Source of the DNA: Phycisphaerales bacterium
GTDB lineage: Bacteria; Planctomycetota; Phycisphaerae; Sedimentisphaerales; Anaerobacaceae
Direction of reading: 5' to 3'
Assembly (NCBI GenBank): GCA_003141275.1
Contig: PLLM01000061.1
Coordinates: 7,131 to 71,130, forward strand
DNA length: 64,000 nucleotides
Shown: in pieces, positions 35,544 through 45,181 of the stretch
Layout of the letters: each line of letters begins with the position of its first letter
How positions within the stretch are numbered: position 1 is the first letter of the stretch
Made by a program: the position numbers and the translations under genes
The notes under the pieces: model-generated
The model's database searches: none
Seen by the model: the letters and a program-made list of their open reading frames with translations, nothing else
What the model was told of the DNA's origin: nothing

Positions 35544-36218
35544 GTGGTAACAAGTAGGGCGAAAGTATTGAACCTGACATTTCATGGTATTGGAGAACGC
35601 CCTAATGGTGAACACGAGGACGAAGCGAGTATATGGTTAAGTGTCGAGCAATTCAACTTTGTCCTGGATTTTATCAAGGGGCGCCAGGATATATTTATTA
35701 CGTTCGATGACGGGAACAAATCGGATGTTGAGATTGCCCTTCCCTTACTCTTGAAACGTGGAATTAAAGCGGCATTTTTTGTTTGCCCCGGAAATTTTGG
35801 TTCGTCTGGTTATTTGACAGGGGAAGATGTGCATAGCCTGTCGCGGGCCGGGATGATTATTGGTTCTCACGGGATGCATCATCGTGACTGGAGACAATTG
35901 AAAAACGAAGAATTGATGGGCGATTTGCGGGTATCCAGAGAGATTCTTGAAAAGGAAACAGAACAACCTATTTCGTACGTTGCGTGTCCCGGCGGTTCGT
36001 ATGACAGGCGGGTGCTGAATTATCTCAAGAAAGCCGGATATGAGAGGGTATATACCAGTGATACCGGCTATTCAAGACCGGATGCTTTTCTGCAGGCCAG
36101 AAATACAATCCATTCAAATATCAATCCGGATTTGCTGCGACGAATAATCGAGCAGCGTACATGGAATTCTGCGGGTTTTATTCGTGTGGTTAAAAAATGT
36201 ATTAAACGATGGTGTTAG
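35544..36218 (+). CDS. Polysaccharide deacetylase-family protein (divergent NodB-like)
   Basis: GTG start. 'LNLTFHGIG', 'ITFDDGNKSDVEIALPLLLKRGIKAAFFV' and 'GSHGMHH' are the NodB-homology motif positions. Confidence 0.7.
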   Translation: MVTSRAKVLNLTFHGIGERPNGEHEDEASIWLSVEQFNFVLDFIKGRQDIFITFDDGNKSDVEIALPLLLKRGIKAAFFVCPGNFGSSGYLTGEDVHSLSRAGMIIGSHGMHHRDWRQLKNEELMGDLRVSREILEKETEQPISYVACPGGSYDRRVLNYLKKAGYERVYTSDTGYSRPDAFLQARNTIHSNINPDLLRRIIEQRTWNSAGFIRVVKKCIKRWC

Positions 36219-36244
36219 CCCCGTAATCGGCAAAATATAAAAAT

Positions 36245-37597
36245 ATGCAGCCGTTAACATTAGTCATTTCGCTTATTGGTTCTGTCCTGGTGCTGTTTTT
36301 GCAGCCGGCCAAGGCATTTGCTGTTTACATAATCACGCTTTTATTTTACCCCACATTTCTGGTTCTCCCGCTTGGAACATTGAATTTTAAGGCGGGGAGG
36401 ATTGTTGTTTTAGTGTTATTACTGCGTTGTCTGGCAAATACCAGAATCAGAAGCTCTTTCAAGTTGTCTGTGATTGATAAGTGGTTTTTTGCCGGTACCG
36501 GCGTTGCAATGATAGTGCCCTTTTTTTCCTATCACATTCCATTCATGCAATTATTGGCGAGCAAGTGCGGCGAGTTAATGGATACGTTGCTTGCATATCT
36601 GGTTGCCAGATTTTGTATCAGGGACCGATTCTCATTTGTAACTGCCATGAAATGGATTGGTATGGCGATTATACCACTGGCTTTGTTGGGAGTAGTTGAA
36701 TCGTGCACTGCATGGATGCCTTTTGTTCCATTGAGACAATATTGTCCGTGGGACACAAAGGCGCTGGTAATTACGGACCGCTCAGGATTTTTCAGGGCAA
36801 CGGGACCGTCAGGCCATCCAATTACGTTTGGTGCATCTTTTGCAATGTTCGCCCCTCTAATTTACTGTTTAAGACATCATGGCGGGATTTCAAAAAACTT
36901 ATGCTATCTGATGACAGTAATGGCTGTTCTTGGGACACTGAGCAGTATGTCCAGCGGGCCATGGATGCTGCTTCTGGTTATTATTGTCTGTTTGGTACTC
37001 GAAAATTATAAGAAATGGATTAAACCGCTTATTATTTTCGGCGTTGTTTTCCTTATCGTTGTAGCTGTAATCAGCAACAGGCCATTCTATCACGTGGTTG
37101 CTACTTATGCCAATCCGCTTGGCGGCACTGGATGGCATCGTGCGAGGTTAATAGATTTGTCTATAGAGCATTTCAACGAGTGGTGGCTGATGGGTTATGG
37201 GGAGCAAGACCCGGGGTGGGGTGAGGAATTGGGAAATAGCTGGACGGATATAACAAATCAGTATATTGCAAACGGAGTTATGTATGGCATTGCAGGAGTT
37301 ATTACCTTTGTAGGCACTTTGGTGGCTTCTCTCATGATGATAATACGATGCTATAAAACGGAGAAAGAATATACGGCAAAATCCATCTTTTGGGCCTTAG
37401 GCTGCATGATTATAGGTTTTATGATAGCATTTAACTCGTTTACACTGTTTGCACAGTCAGGTACGCTTTTTATATGTATGTTGGGTATTACTGCGTCGTT
37501 GTCGAGTTTTACTTTGTTGCCTCATCTTGCGAATGGAAAGGTACTGGCACAGAGAATGCAGTTTGCAATCAATAATATTGAAAGCATGAGAAAATAA
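36245..37597 (+). CDS. O-antigen ligase/polymerase (Wzy-like) family membrane protein
   Basis: 450 aa, more than 10 hydrophobic spans. A large central loop has 'GFFRATGPSGHPITFGASFAM', resembling the Wzy_C/O-antigen ligase signature region. Confidence 0.7.
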   Translation: MQPLTLVISLIGSVLVLFLQPAKAFAVYIITLLFYPTFLVLPLGTLNFKAGRIVVLVLLLRCLANTRIRSSFKLSVIDKWFFAGTGVAMIVPFFSYHIPFMQLLASKCGELMDTLLAYLVARFCIRDRFSFVTAMKWIGMAIIPLALLGVVESCTAWMPFVPLRQYCPWDTKALVITDRSGFFRATGPSGHPITFGASFAMFAPLIYCLRHHGGISKNLCYLMTVMAVLGTLSSMSSGPWMLLLVIIVCLVLENYKKWIKPLIIFGVVFLIVVAVISNRPFYHVVATYANPLGGTGWHRARLIDLSIEHFNEWWLMGYGEQDPGWGEELGNSWTDITNQYIANGVMYGIAGVITFVGTLVASLMMIIRCYKTEKEYTAKSIFWALGCMIIGFMIAFNSFTLFAQSGTLFICMLGITASLSSFTLLPHLANGKVLAQRMQFAINNIESMRK

Positions 37598-37726
37598 TAT
37601 TTATGGCAAAGGTATTATTTTTTTTTTTCAAACGCGATATAGGGATGGCCAAAAGCATAATTTACAGAAAAAATATTACTTGATCAATGGTATGTTATCC
37701 ACAGTTTTTAAGATTATGGTATAGCA

Positions 37727-38506
37727 ATGTGTGATGTGAAGAAAGAGAAGGGTTTTTATGATAAAGAATACAGCCAAAGCCGATATGCTGTTGAATTGGG
37801 TGAACAGCATGCTGCTTATGTAGCGCTTAAAAACTTCATTGTTAAATATCGGTTATGCGACAAGAGATGTCTTGAAGTAGGGTGTGGGCGAGGTTTTTTT
37901 CAAGACTTAGTCGAAGACTATACCGGGGTTGATTTGTCAGATTCTGTTAGGCAAAACCTACATAAGCCTTTTTACCAGACCTCTGCAACTGAATTACCTT
38001 TTGGGAATGATGAGTTTGACGCCATATGGTCGGTATATACGCTCGAACACATTCCAGAGCCAGAGAAAGCTTTAACGGAAATGCGTCGAGTTTTGAAACC
38101 TGGGGGCTTAATTTTCTTGAAACCAGCTTGGCAATGCAGGCCCTGGGCTGCATCTGGATTCTCGGTTCGGCCTTACAAAGATTTTGATTTGAGGGGTAAA
38201 CTTGTAAAGGCTTCAATACCTATTAGAAATTCTATCTTATTTCGGTCTCTGTATGTTTTCCCCAGAAGAATAGTAAGAAGTTTTGTGTATGTTCGTGGCA
38301 AAGCCCATACGAAATTCGCATACAAGCAACTGAATCCTAACTATGACCATTATTGGCAGCCTGACTCAGATGCCGTAAATTCGATGGACCCTTATGAAGC
38401 CGTGTTATGGTTTATCTCTCGCGGTGACACCTGTCTATCTTATACGAACTTTCTATCAAGGTTTTTTGTTAAAACAGGTGCCGTAATATTCCGAATAATG
38501 AAGTGA
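37727..38506 (+). CDS. Class I SAM-dependent methyltransferase
   Basis: Motif I 'CLEVGCGRGFF', 'LPFGNDEFDAIWSVYTLEHI' and 'LKPGGLIFL' match the Methyltransf_11 pattern. Confidence 0.8.
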   Translation: MCDVKKEKGFYDKEYSQSRYAVELGEQHAAYVALKNFIVKYRLCDKRCLEVGCGRGFFQDLVEDYTGVDLSDSVRQNLHKPFYQTSATELPFGNDEFDAIWSVYTLEHIPEPEKALTEMRRVLKPGGLIFLKPAWQCRPWAASGFSVRPYKDFDLRGKLVKASIPIRNSILFRSLYVFPRRIVRSFVYVRGKAHTKFAYKQLNPNYDHYWQPDSDAVNSMDPYEAVLWFISRGDTCLSYTNFLSRFFVKTGAVIFRIMK

Positions 38507-38513
38507 TACTATA

Positions 38514-39557
38514 ATGAATTATGATGTTGTTATCGCCACACGCAACCGCCCCGAGGCACTAAAGGTTTCGATTCCCCTCATTCTCAACCAGAACCGTGCT
38601 CCTCGAAAGCTGGTTATTGTTGATTCAAGCGACGACTGCGAGCGAGTGAATAGAACTGTTACTAAAATTATGGCTGATTCTCCGGTAAAATTGGAAATCA
38701 CGAATTCTGAAGCCAATTCGGCGCAACAGCGCAATATTGGACTAAAGTATGTGGAATCACCGGTAGTGATGTTTCCTGATGATGATTCTTTGTGGTGGCC
38801 CGGTGTTGCTGAAGCAATAATGCGTATCTATGAGCGAGACGAAAACGGCGATATCGGCGGCGTGTCTGCCGACTTAATTAAATTATGTCCCCCGCAGGCG
38901 CATCTTGAGATAAATTCTGAAAACAAAATGCTGTTTAAAGATCGATTGCGTCAACGAATTTCGGGGCTAAGGCATATACTGAATTGCAGAATCGGCTCTG
39001 ACCCTATGTATATTCTGGGACAGTCATTTTGGAAAAACAGTGATGTTCCTGGTTGGATGGTCGATGAAAATGCTTCATTAACAGAATATATGGCTGGTTG
39101 TAGAATGTCATTTCGTACAGATGCAATCCGGTCGGTTGGTGGTTTTGATCAAGACCTTGGAGCATTTGTTGGCTGGGCAGCTTACGAGGACGCAGCAGCT
39201 AGTTTTGCTGTGATGTCAAGAAGAGCTTTGGTAACTGCTCATAACGCTAAAGTGTGCCATTACACATTTCCAAGTCAGCGTGGCGGAGGTTTTGAACTGG
39301 GTTTTATCAATCAGTTCAATCGTGCTTACGTAATATGTCGGTACTCACCACCATGTTCGACTGCTCGTCGAGCGCTCAAAAAGTTTGGACATTATAAGGC
39401 GCTGCAATATCTTTTAGGCATTAAAAACAGATTTGGGCGGGATAGAATAAGAGGGCACCTAAAAGCATTACGAGCTATGAAGGTGTTATTAGAGTCCCCT
39501 CCTGAATGCTTGCGAGACCGTTATTTAGAACAATGCCAAAAGAACTTAAAAGGTTAG
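38514..39557 (+). CDS. Family 2 glycosyltransferase
   Basis: 'YDVVIATRNRPEALKVSIPLILNQ', 'LVIVDSSDD' and 'VVMFPDDDSLW' (DxD region). Confidence 0.8.
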   Translation: MNYDVVIATRNRPEALKVSIPLILNQNRAPRKLVIVDSSDDCERVNRTVTKIMADSPVKLEITNSEANSAQQRNIGLKYVESPVVMFPDDDSLWWPGVAEAIMRIYERDENGDIGGVSADLIKLCPPQAHLEINSENKMLFKDRLRQRISGLRHILNCRIGSDPMYILGQSFWKNSDVPGWMVDENASLTEYMAGCRMSFRTDAIRSVGGFDQDLGAFVGWAAYEDAAASFAVMSRRALVTAHNAKVCHYTFPSQRGGGFELGFINQFNRAYVICRYSPPCSTARRALKKFGHYKALQYLLGIKNRFGRDRIRGHLKALRAMKVLLESPPECLRDRYLEQCQKNLKG

Positions 39558-39559
39558 TA

Positions 39560-39736
39560 TCAATGGTAACATCTTCAATGCTTGGAAAGCCGGTTATTTG
39601 CACAGATTGCACTGCCGTTAGGGATTATGTCACTGATGAGGTTAACGGCCTTCTTGTTAAAAATGGATTACGATGTAGTTATATTGATAAAGTTGTGACG
39701 GCACTTGTTACAAATAGTAAAGTATCGAGAGAATAG
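39560..39736 (+). pseudogene. C-terminal fragment of a GT1/GT4-type glycosyltransferase
   Basis: 'MLGKPVICTDCTAVRDYVTDEVNGLLVKNG' matches the conserved GT4 C-terminal block (G.PVI.T..GG..E.V.DG.NGLLV). The roughly 300 aa that should precede it are missing, and the frame overlaps the end of the GT2 gene. Confidence 0.55.
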
Positions 39737-39738
39737 TA

Positions 39739-40491
39739 ATGGGGATTTTATCGTTTGTTATCTGGGTGATGGCGATTATTGGATTTGGCTGTGCAGTTAT
39801 ATTCTGCTATTTTGTTTTACCATGGCTTTATGGCAGATGGCAAAGGGTATCGCTTAAGCTATTGGCCGTTAAAACTAAATCGGTTGTGTTTACCTTCGAT
39901 GACGGCCCGAGTGATGTTACTCCTGATGTTCTCGCTGTTTTGCGCCAATATAATGTCAAGGCCACTTTTTTTCTGGGCGGAGCAAGAATAGCGGGCCGGG
40001 AAAGTATTGTCAGACAAATAGTGGCTGAGGGACATGAAATTGGTTCGCACACGTATAGCCATTTACATCAATGGTATGTTTCGCCGATATCTGGAATCAG
40101 AGATATTAAACGCGGGTGGCAGGCTATAGATAATGCGATGGAAATCCAAAATGGTAAATACCCGTTCCGGCCGCCATACGGCAAACTTAATCTTCTGACC
40201 CTGTTGTATTTGTGGGCAAAGAGAGTCCCTGTGATTTTTTGGACAACAGATTCACGAGATATAGCAGGCATCGTGGATTTCGATAGTCAAAGGAATGCGA
40301 TGTTAATCAAAAAGGAAGGTGGTACAGTTATATTGGCCCATGACTATACGGTAAAGACAAAAGACAGGATTATTCCATCATTGTGTGCATCTATTATGGC
40401 CGCAAGAGAAATGGGAATGGCAGTAAGAACCATTTCAGAATTGCGTGCTATTCGCCGGGTTAATAATTTGTCAGATAAAAAGAACATCTGA
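39739..40491 (+). CDS. Polysaccharide deacetylase (NodB homology domain)
   Basis: TM anchor, then 'VVFTFDDGPSDVTPDVLAVLRQYNVKATFFL', 'GHEIGSHTYSH' and 'RPPYGK'. These are the canonical CE4 motifs. Confidence 0.85.
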   Translation: MGILSFVIWVMAIIGFGCAVIFCYFVLPWLYGRWQRVSLKLLAVKTKSVVFTFDDGPSDVTPDVLAVLRQYNVKATFFLGGARIAGRESIVRQIVAEGHEIGSHTYSHLHQWYVSPISGIRDIKRGWQAIDNAMEIQNGKYPFRPPYGKLNLLTLLYLWAKRVPVIFWTTDSRDIAGIVDFDSQRNAMLIKKEGGTVILAHDYTVKTKDRIIPSLCASIMAAREMGMAVRTISELRAIRRVNNLSDKKNI

Positions 40492-41672
40492 TGCGTCTGC
40501 CCAACGAATATAAGGTCAGTATCGCAAAGAGTATAGATGAAATCGAAGCAATTCGTTCGATATGGGAAGAGTTGCAGAGCAGTGAACCCCGTCCCGTAAT
40601 TAATGCCGATATTGACAGGTATCTTTCTGTTGTCCGGGCGATTGGAGATAAAGCACAACCTTATATTATGCTTATTAAAAAAGATGGTTGCCCGGCCGCA
40701 ATGGCAATCTGTCTTTTCCACAAAGAATGGCCGTTAAAGCTGACATTCGGATATAAAGCATTTTTTAGTCCGACGGTACGATGTTTGGAAGTTGTATATG
40801 GAGGCGCTATTGGATGTTTAAACGATGACATAAGCGAGACGCTTGTCAGGGAGTTGATGAAGGTCTTGCGTCGTAATGAAGCTGATGTAGTGCGATTTAA
40901 CCATTTAGAAACCGATTCCTGTGTTTTTAAGTCATCCCGGGAAATACCAGGCATTTTAACGAGAGGCCATTTTCAGAGGAAAGAATGTCACTGGTCGATG
41001 TTGATTCCGGAAAATATAGACCTGTTTTACAAAACGCTTTCAAAGAAACACAGAGGCAATATAAAGCGAACGGCGAATAAGCTGTACAATGAGTTTGCCG
41101 GGCAGATAAATATAGTTACTTACACTAAAGAAGACGAGCTGGATGATGCGATAAAAGCGGTTTCTCAGATTTCCCGTTCAACATATCAGTATGGATTGGG
41201 TAGCGGTTTTGTAGATAATTCCTGGACGCGGGAGCTTTTAACGACAGCGGCAAGATGTGGTTGGCTTCGCATGTCGGTGCTTTTTGTGAATCAGCAACCA
41301 TGTGCTTTTCAAATTGGTTTGCGATATGGTGAGCAGTATATGCTGGATCAAATTGGATTTGACCCTAAATGGGGCAGGTATGAAGTCGGAACGATATTGT
41401 TTGTCAAAGTGTTGGAGGATATTTGTGCCGATAAGTATATGAAGTGTATTGACTATGGTTTTGGTGATGCCGAATACAAACGCAGCTATGGCGACAAACA
41501 ATGGCAGGAGGTGTCTGTTCATATTTATGCGACAAAACCATACCCTGTATTTCTCAATATGTTACAGTCGGCAATCGCTGGGTTTAATATAGGTGTTCAT
41601 AATATCCTTGAGTCGATTGGGTTGGCGGGACGGATAAAACGCTACTGGAGGGGGCGTCTCAGTAAATCATGA
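40491..41672 (+). CDS. FemAB-like / GNAT (Acetyltransf_6, CelD-like) protein of the kind associated with PEP-CTERM EPS loci
   Basis: 393 aa. ATG overlaps the previous stop (ATGA-type junction at 40489-40493). C-terminal half 'GWLRMSVLFVNQQPCAFQIGLRYGEQYMLDQIGFDP.W..YEVGTILF' resembles the BioF2-like/CelD acetyltransferase fold. Assigned by pattern only. Confidence 0.65.
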   Translation: MRLPNEYKVSIAKSIDEIEAIRSIWEELQSSEPRPVINADIDRYLSVVRAIGDKAQPYIMLIKKDGCPAAMAICLFHKEWPLKLTFGYKAFFSPTVRCLEVVYGGAIGCLNDDISETLVRELMKVLRRNEADVVRFNHLETDSCVFKSSREIPGILTRGHFQRKECHWSMLIPENIDLFYKTLSKKHRGNIKRTANKLYNEFAGQINIVTYTKEDELDDAIKAVSQISRSTYQYGLGSGFVDNSWTRELLTTAARCGWLRMSVLFVNQQPCAFQIGLRYGEQYMLDQIGFDPKWGRYEVGTILFVKVLEDICADKYMKCIDYGFGDAEYKRSYGDKQWQEVSVHIYATKPYPVFLNMLQSAIAGFNIGVHNILESIGLAGRIKRYWRGRLSKS

Positions 41673-41769
41673 CGGCGATTCGGAAACAGATGAGCCGTTA
41701 TCTGAAATATGATATGTGTTGTAGTTAAACATTCGGGTTTGTAAAGGCGGCATCACAAACATAATTTTT

Positions 41770-42723
41770 GTGGGGAATGAACAACCATTGTTTGATGTCA
41801 GTGCTGTAATTGTCAGTTGGAATGCCAGAGGGCATCTCGTTAATTGCCTGAATTCTCTTTTGGCTAACAAAAGGGGTAGATGTGAGATTATCGTAGTTGA
41901 CAATAATTCAACGGATGGCAGTCCTGAGATGGTGGAAAGCCAGTTTCCCCAGGTTAAACTAATAAGAAACAAGGAGAATTTAGGTTTTGCCAAGGCTAAT
42001 AATATTGGAATTCGGGTATGCACTGGTCGGTATATCTGTCTAATAAATTCCGATGTGATTGTGCTGGATGGCTGCATTGATAAATTGATGGAATTTATGG
42101 ATAAGAACCAGTTGGCCGGGATGGCGGGGCCGAGGATTCTCAATCCCGATCACACTTTACAGTTTAGCTGTTTTCATTTTCCCGGTATAAGAAATAATCT
42201 TTCTCAAGCACTTGGGCTGAACAAGCTGTTTCCGAAATCGTCTTTTTTTTCGGAACAAACAATGAAGTATTGGCCGCATGACTGCGAGCGAAAAGTTGAT
42301 GTGCTAAACGGCTGTTTTTGGATGGTGCGTCGCAAAGCAATGGACCAAGTCGGTCTTCTTGATGAAAATTTCTTTTTCTATGGTGAAGATATCGACTGGT
42401 GCAAAAGATTTAACGACGCCGGCTGGGAAGTTAAGTTCTATCCCGGAGCCGAGGCCATTCATTTTGGCGGGGCAAGCTCAGGTAATGCGCCCATAAGATT
42501 TTACATCGAGATGCAAAAGGCCGACTTGCAATATTGGAGAAAGCATCACGGCAGGTTAGGCCGATCGGCTTATTGGATGATAATTCTGCTGCGTCAGCTG
42601 GTACGGTTGCCTGTATATGTCCTGGTTTACATTTTTCTACACGGTGCGCGAAGCAACGCGGTTTTTAAGATGAAACGAAGTATTGCCTGCATTCGCTGGC
42701 TTTTTGGGACACGCAAGATATGA
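41770..42723 (+). CDS. Family 2 glycosyltransferase
   Basis: GTG start. 'VSAVIVSWNARGHLVNCLNSLL', 'IIVVDNNSTDGS', 'GFAKANNIGI', 'LNSDV' and 'GCFWMVRRKA...VG.LDENFFFYGEDIDWC.R' (rhamnosyltransferase-like GT2). Confidence 0.85.
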   Translation: MGNEQPLFDVSAVIVSWNARGHLVNCLNSLLANKRGRCEIIVVDNNSTDGSPEMVESQFPQVKLIRNKENLGFAKANNIGIRVCTGRYICLINSDVIVLDGCIDKLMEFMDKNQLAGMAGPRILNPDHTLQFSCFHFPGIRNNLSQALGLNKLFPKSSFFSEQTMKYWPHDCERKVDVLNGCFWMVRRKAMDQVGLLDENFFFYGEDIDWCKRFNDAGWEVKFYPGAEAIHFGGASSGNAPIRFYIEMQKADLQYWRKHHGRLGRSAYWMIILLRQLVRLPVYVLVYIFLHGARSNAVFKMKRSIACIRWLFGTRKI

Positions 42724-42748
42724 CGTTTGTTTTCTTTCGAGATATAGC

Positions 42749-43621
42749 ATGAAAACGCGATATGTTTTGGTAACTCCCGTACACAATGAGCAGCAGTTGC
42801 TTGATCAGGTAATTGCATCCGTTGTTTCCCAAACGATTTTACCCGGGAAGTGGTTTATTGTGGATGATGGCTCTACAGACGACTCACCTAATATTATAAA
42901 ACGGTACGAAAATAAATATGCCTTTATTTCTTACCTTCGGTTTGATGAACATTGCCAGGAAAGTTACTATAGTCGCAGGGTTTCTGTGGTTCTGCATGGG
43001 ATTGAGGCTGCCAAGAATCTGGAATACGATTTTCTGGGGGTATTGGATGGTGATATTACTTTAGAGAAGACATATTATGAAGCGATTCTGCAGGAATTTG
43101 AACGAAATACAAAGCTCGGAATTGCTTCTGGGATTTATGTAAATAAATGCGGCGACAGCCTCCAATCCGTTTTAATAGATGCTAACCATACTCCCGGGGG
43201 CATTCAGATGTTCAGACGGCAATGTTATGAAAAAATTGGAGGATATATACCACAGAGGTACGGAGGTGATGATTCGTGTGCTGAAATCATGGCTCGGATG
43301 CGCGGATGGCAGACACGGTCATTTTCAAAGTATCGGGTGATTCATCATCGGCCTACGGGAACAATAGGTGGTGCAAGCATAATTCGTGCAAGATTTCGCC
43401 AGGGATTGGCAGAATACGGCGTTGCAACTCATCCACTGTTCATGGTGGCCAAATCTATACGCCGCGCGGTTCTGGAAAAACCATATTTCATAGGCAGCAT
43501 CTCCAGACTTTTCGGATTCCTGTATGGTTATTGCCTGCGAGAAGAAAGAAAATTTCCCCCCGAGGCTATACGTTTTGTTCGAAAAGAACAGATGAGAAGA
43601 TTGTTTGGCCGGGCTATATGA
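42749..43621 (+). CDS. Family 2 glycosyltransferase
   Basis: ATG 42749 ('MKTRYVLVTPVHNEQQLLDQVIASVVSQT'), then 'WFIVDDGSTDDS' and 'LDGDITL'. Confidence 0.8.
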   Translation: MKTRYVLVTPVHNEQQLLDQVIASVVSQTILPGKWFIVDDGSTDDSPNIIKRYENKYAFISYLRFDEHCQESYYSRRVSVVLHGIEAAKNLEYDFLGVLDGDITLEKTYYEAILQEFERNTKLGIASGIYVNKCGDSLQSVLIDANHTPGGIQMFRRQCYEKIGGYIPQRYGGDDSCAEIMARMRGWQTRSFSKYRVIHHRPTGTIGGASIIRARFRQGLAEYGVATHPLFMVAKSIRRAVLEKPYFIGSISRLFGFLYGYCLREERKFPPEAIRFVRKEQMRRLFGRAI

Positions 43622-44085
43622 ACAAAAAAAATAATATTAAAATCTGTGTGGCATGTTCGACGGGTGGGCACATGGTACAGGCGAAACAGCTTGCGCCGGT
43701 TTATGAGAAGTATGACCATTTCTTTTTTACGTTCTCCGGCGGCGTTGCGGATGAGATGAAGAAGACCGAGCGTGTTCGTTCTATTCCTAATATAGTCAGG
43801 CGTAACCCCATATCCTGGATTGTTGGAGCGGTGCTGTCAGGATATGCAGTCCTTGTGGAAAGGCCTGATGTGGTTATTTCGACGGGCGCCGGAATAGTAG
43901 TGTACTTTTGCGTATTTGCGAAATTACTCGGGGCAAAACTGATATTCATTGAAAGTATGGCACGTGTCGAACGGCCCACTTTAACGGGTCGACTTCTATA
44001 TCCATTTTCAGATTTGTTCATAGTGCAATGGCCGGATTTGCTGAAGTATTTTCCCGGAGCAAAATACATGGGGAGATTGTTTTGA
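43618..44085 (+). CDS. Alg14-like membrane-anchoring subunit of a split glycosyltransferase (PssD/Cps14F type)
   Basis: ATG 43618 overlaps the GT2 stop. 'KICVACSTGGHMVQAKQL', 'RPDVVISTGAGIVVYFC..AKLLGAKLIFIESMARVERPTLTGRLLYPFSDLFIVQWPDL'. The long ORF-track N-terminal extension (43306-43617) is just the overlap with the preceding gene. Confidence 0.8.
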   Translation: MNKKNNIKICVACSTGGHMVQAKQLAPVYEKYDHFFFTFSGGVADEMKKTERVRSIPNIVRRNPISWIVGAVLSGYAVLVERPDVVISTGAGIVVYFCVFAKLLGAKLIFIESMARVERPTLTGRLLYPFSDLFIVQWPDLLKYFPGAKYMGRLF

Positions 44086-44576
44086 TATTTCTAACCGTAG
44101 GTACATGGAGAAGCGGCTACAACCGGCTTGTCAGAGCGATAGATGAACTAATAATCGCAGGAGTTATTACCGAGGAAGTTATCGCCCAGACCGGCTACGG
44201 TTCATATAAGCCGGGGAATATGATGATGATAGAGTTTTGTTCGCCGAGTGAATTCGGGAAGCTGGTCTCTGAAGCCAGGTTTGTAATATCCCATGCCGGT
44301 ATGGGGACAATAATAGAAACCGTCCGGCTGCACAAACCGCTTATTGTTGTCCCTCGCCAAAGTTCGCTGGGAGAAGTTGACAACGACCATCAGTTCACCA
44401 CTGCGAAACGGCTGGAAGCAGAGGGCAAAATACTCGTAGCTTATGAGGTATCTGAATTACCTGTCAAACTTGAGCAAGCAAGGACTTTTGTTCCTGTGAA
44501 TAGCCGAGCATCTGAAGATATCCTTCGGGCGGTCGAGGAAGTAATCGAGGCCGTGGCCGCAAAAAGGGGCAGTTAA
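44082..44576 (+). CDS. Alg13-like catalytic subunit of a split glycosyltransferase (PssE/Cps14G, Glyco_tran_28_C type)
   Basis: TTG 44082 overlaps the previous stop (TTGA). 'IFLTVGT', 'FVISHAGMGTIIETVRLHKPLIVVPR...GEVDNDHQ'. Confidence 0.8.
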   Translation: MIFLTVGTWRSGYNRLVRAIDELIIAGVITEEVIAQTGYGSYKPGNMMMIEFCSPSEFGKLVSEARFVISHAGMGTIIETVRLHKPLIVVPRQSSLGEVDNDHQFTTAKRLEAEGKILVAYEVSELPVKLEQARTFVPVNSRASEDILRAVEEVIEAVAAKRGS

Positions 44577-44602
44577 TAGAAAGAGCTTTTTCTGGGTAGA
44601 TA

Positions 44603-45181
44603 GTGAAATTTTGGCCTTACAGGATTCTGAAAAGGGATGACGATGGCATCAGGGCTGACTTGGACAGCATAATGCAGCATTTTGCCGCGAAAGGATTTAC
44701 TTTTGACACGATTGTCTTTGTTCCCAACGCTGGACTCTATTTGAGCAAGCTCTTCGTCGGAATGTTTGACAATTCATTTGAAGTAAATTTCGTCACAGTC
44801 AGAAGAGCTTCAACTGTGACAAAGGGTAATCCAGCCAAGAAATTTATCTTCAAAAGAGAATGGCTTTCCAATCTTATGAGGCATATGGAGGTGCTGATAA
44901 GACTCGTGAAGTTTAAGCTCGGAATAAAACAGAAAATGGAGGCAAAACTTGAAATAGGATTCAATGTTACAGATAAAAGAGTTCTGGTCATAGACGACTC
45001 GGTGGATACCGGAACAACGCTGCGTCTGGTGAAATCCGCTCTTTTAAAGAAAGGTGCTGGTTCCGTAGATACAGCGTGTATTTCAAACCACTTGCTGCCT
45101 GATAAGGTTTGCGTCGACTATGCTGTTTACACCTATGCGTTATTGAGAACCAGGAATTCCAGAGATTATGATGCGGTCTGA
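44603..45181 (+). CDS. Phosphoribosyltransferase-fold protein
   Basis: GTG start. PRPP-binding loop 'KRVLVIDDSVDTGTTLRLV'. 192 aa, no other domain. Confidence 0.7.
   Translation: MKFWPYRILKRDDDGIRADLDSIMQHFAAKGFTFDTIVFVPNAGLYLSKLFVGMFDNSFEVNFVTVRRASTVTKGNPAKKFIFKREWLSNLMRHMEVLIRLVKFKLGIKQKMEAKLEIGFNVTDKRVLVIDDSVDTGTTLRLVKSALLKKGAGSVDTACISNHLLPDKVCVDYAVYTYALLRTRNSRDYDAV

Noticed and set aside
43306-43617. Long N-terminal extension of ORF 43306..44085
   Set aside because: It overlaps the preceding GT2 gene in another frame. The Alg14-like similarity begins exactly at the internal ATG 43618, which overlaps the GT2 stop.
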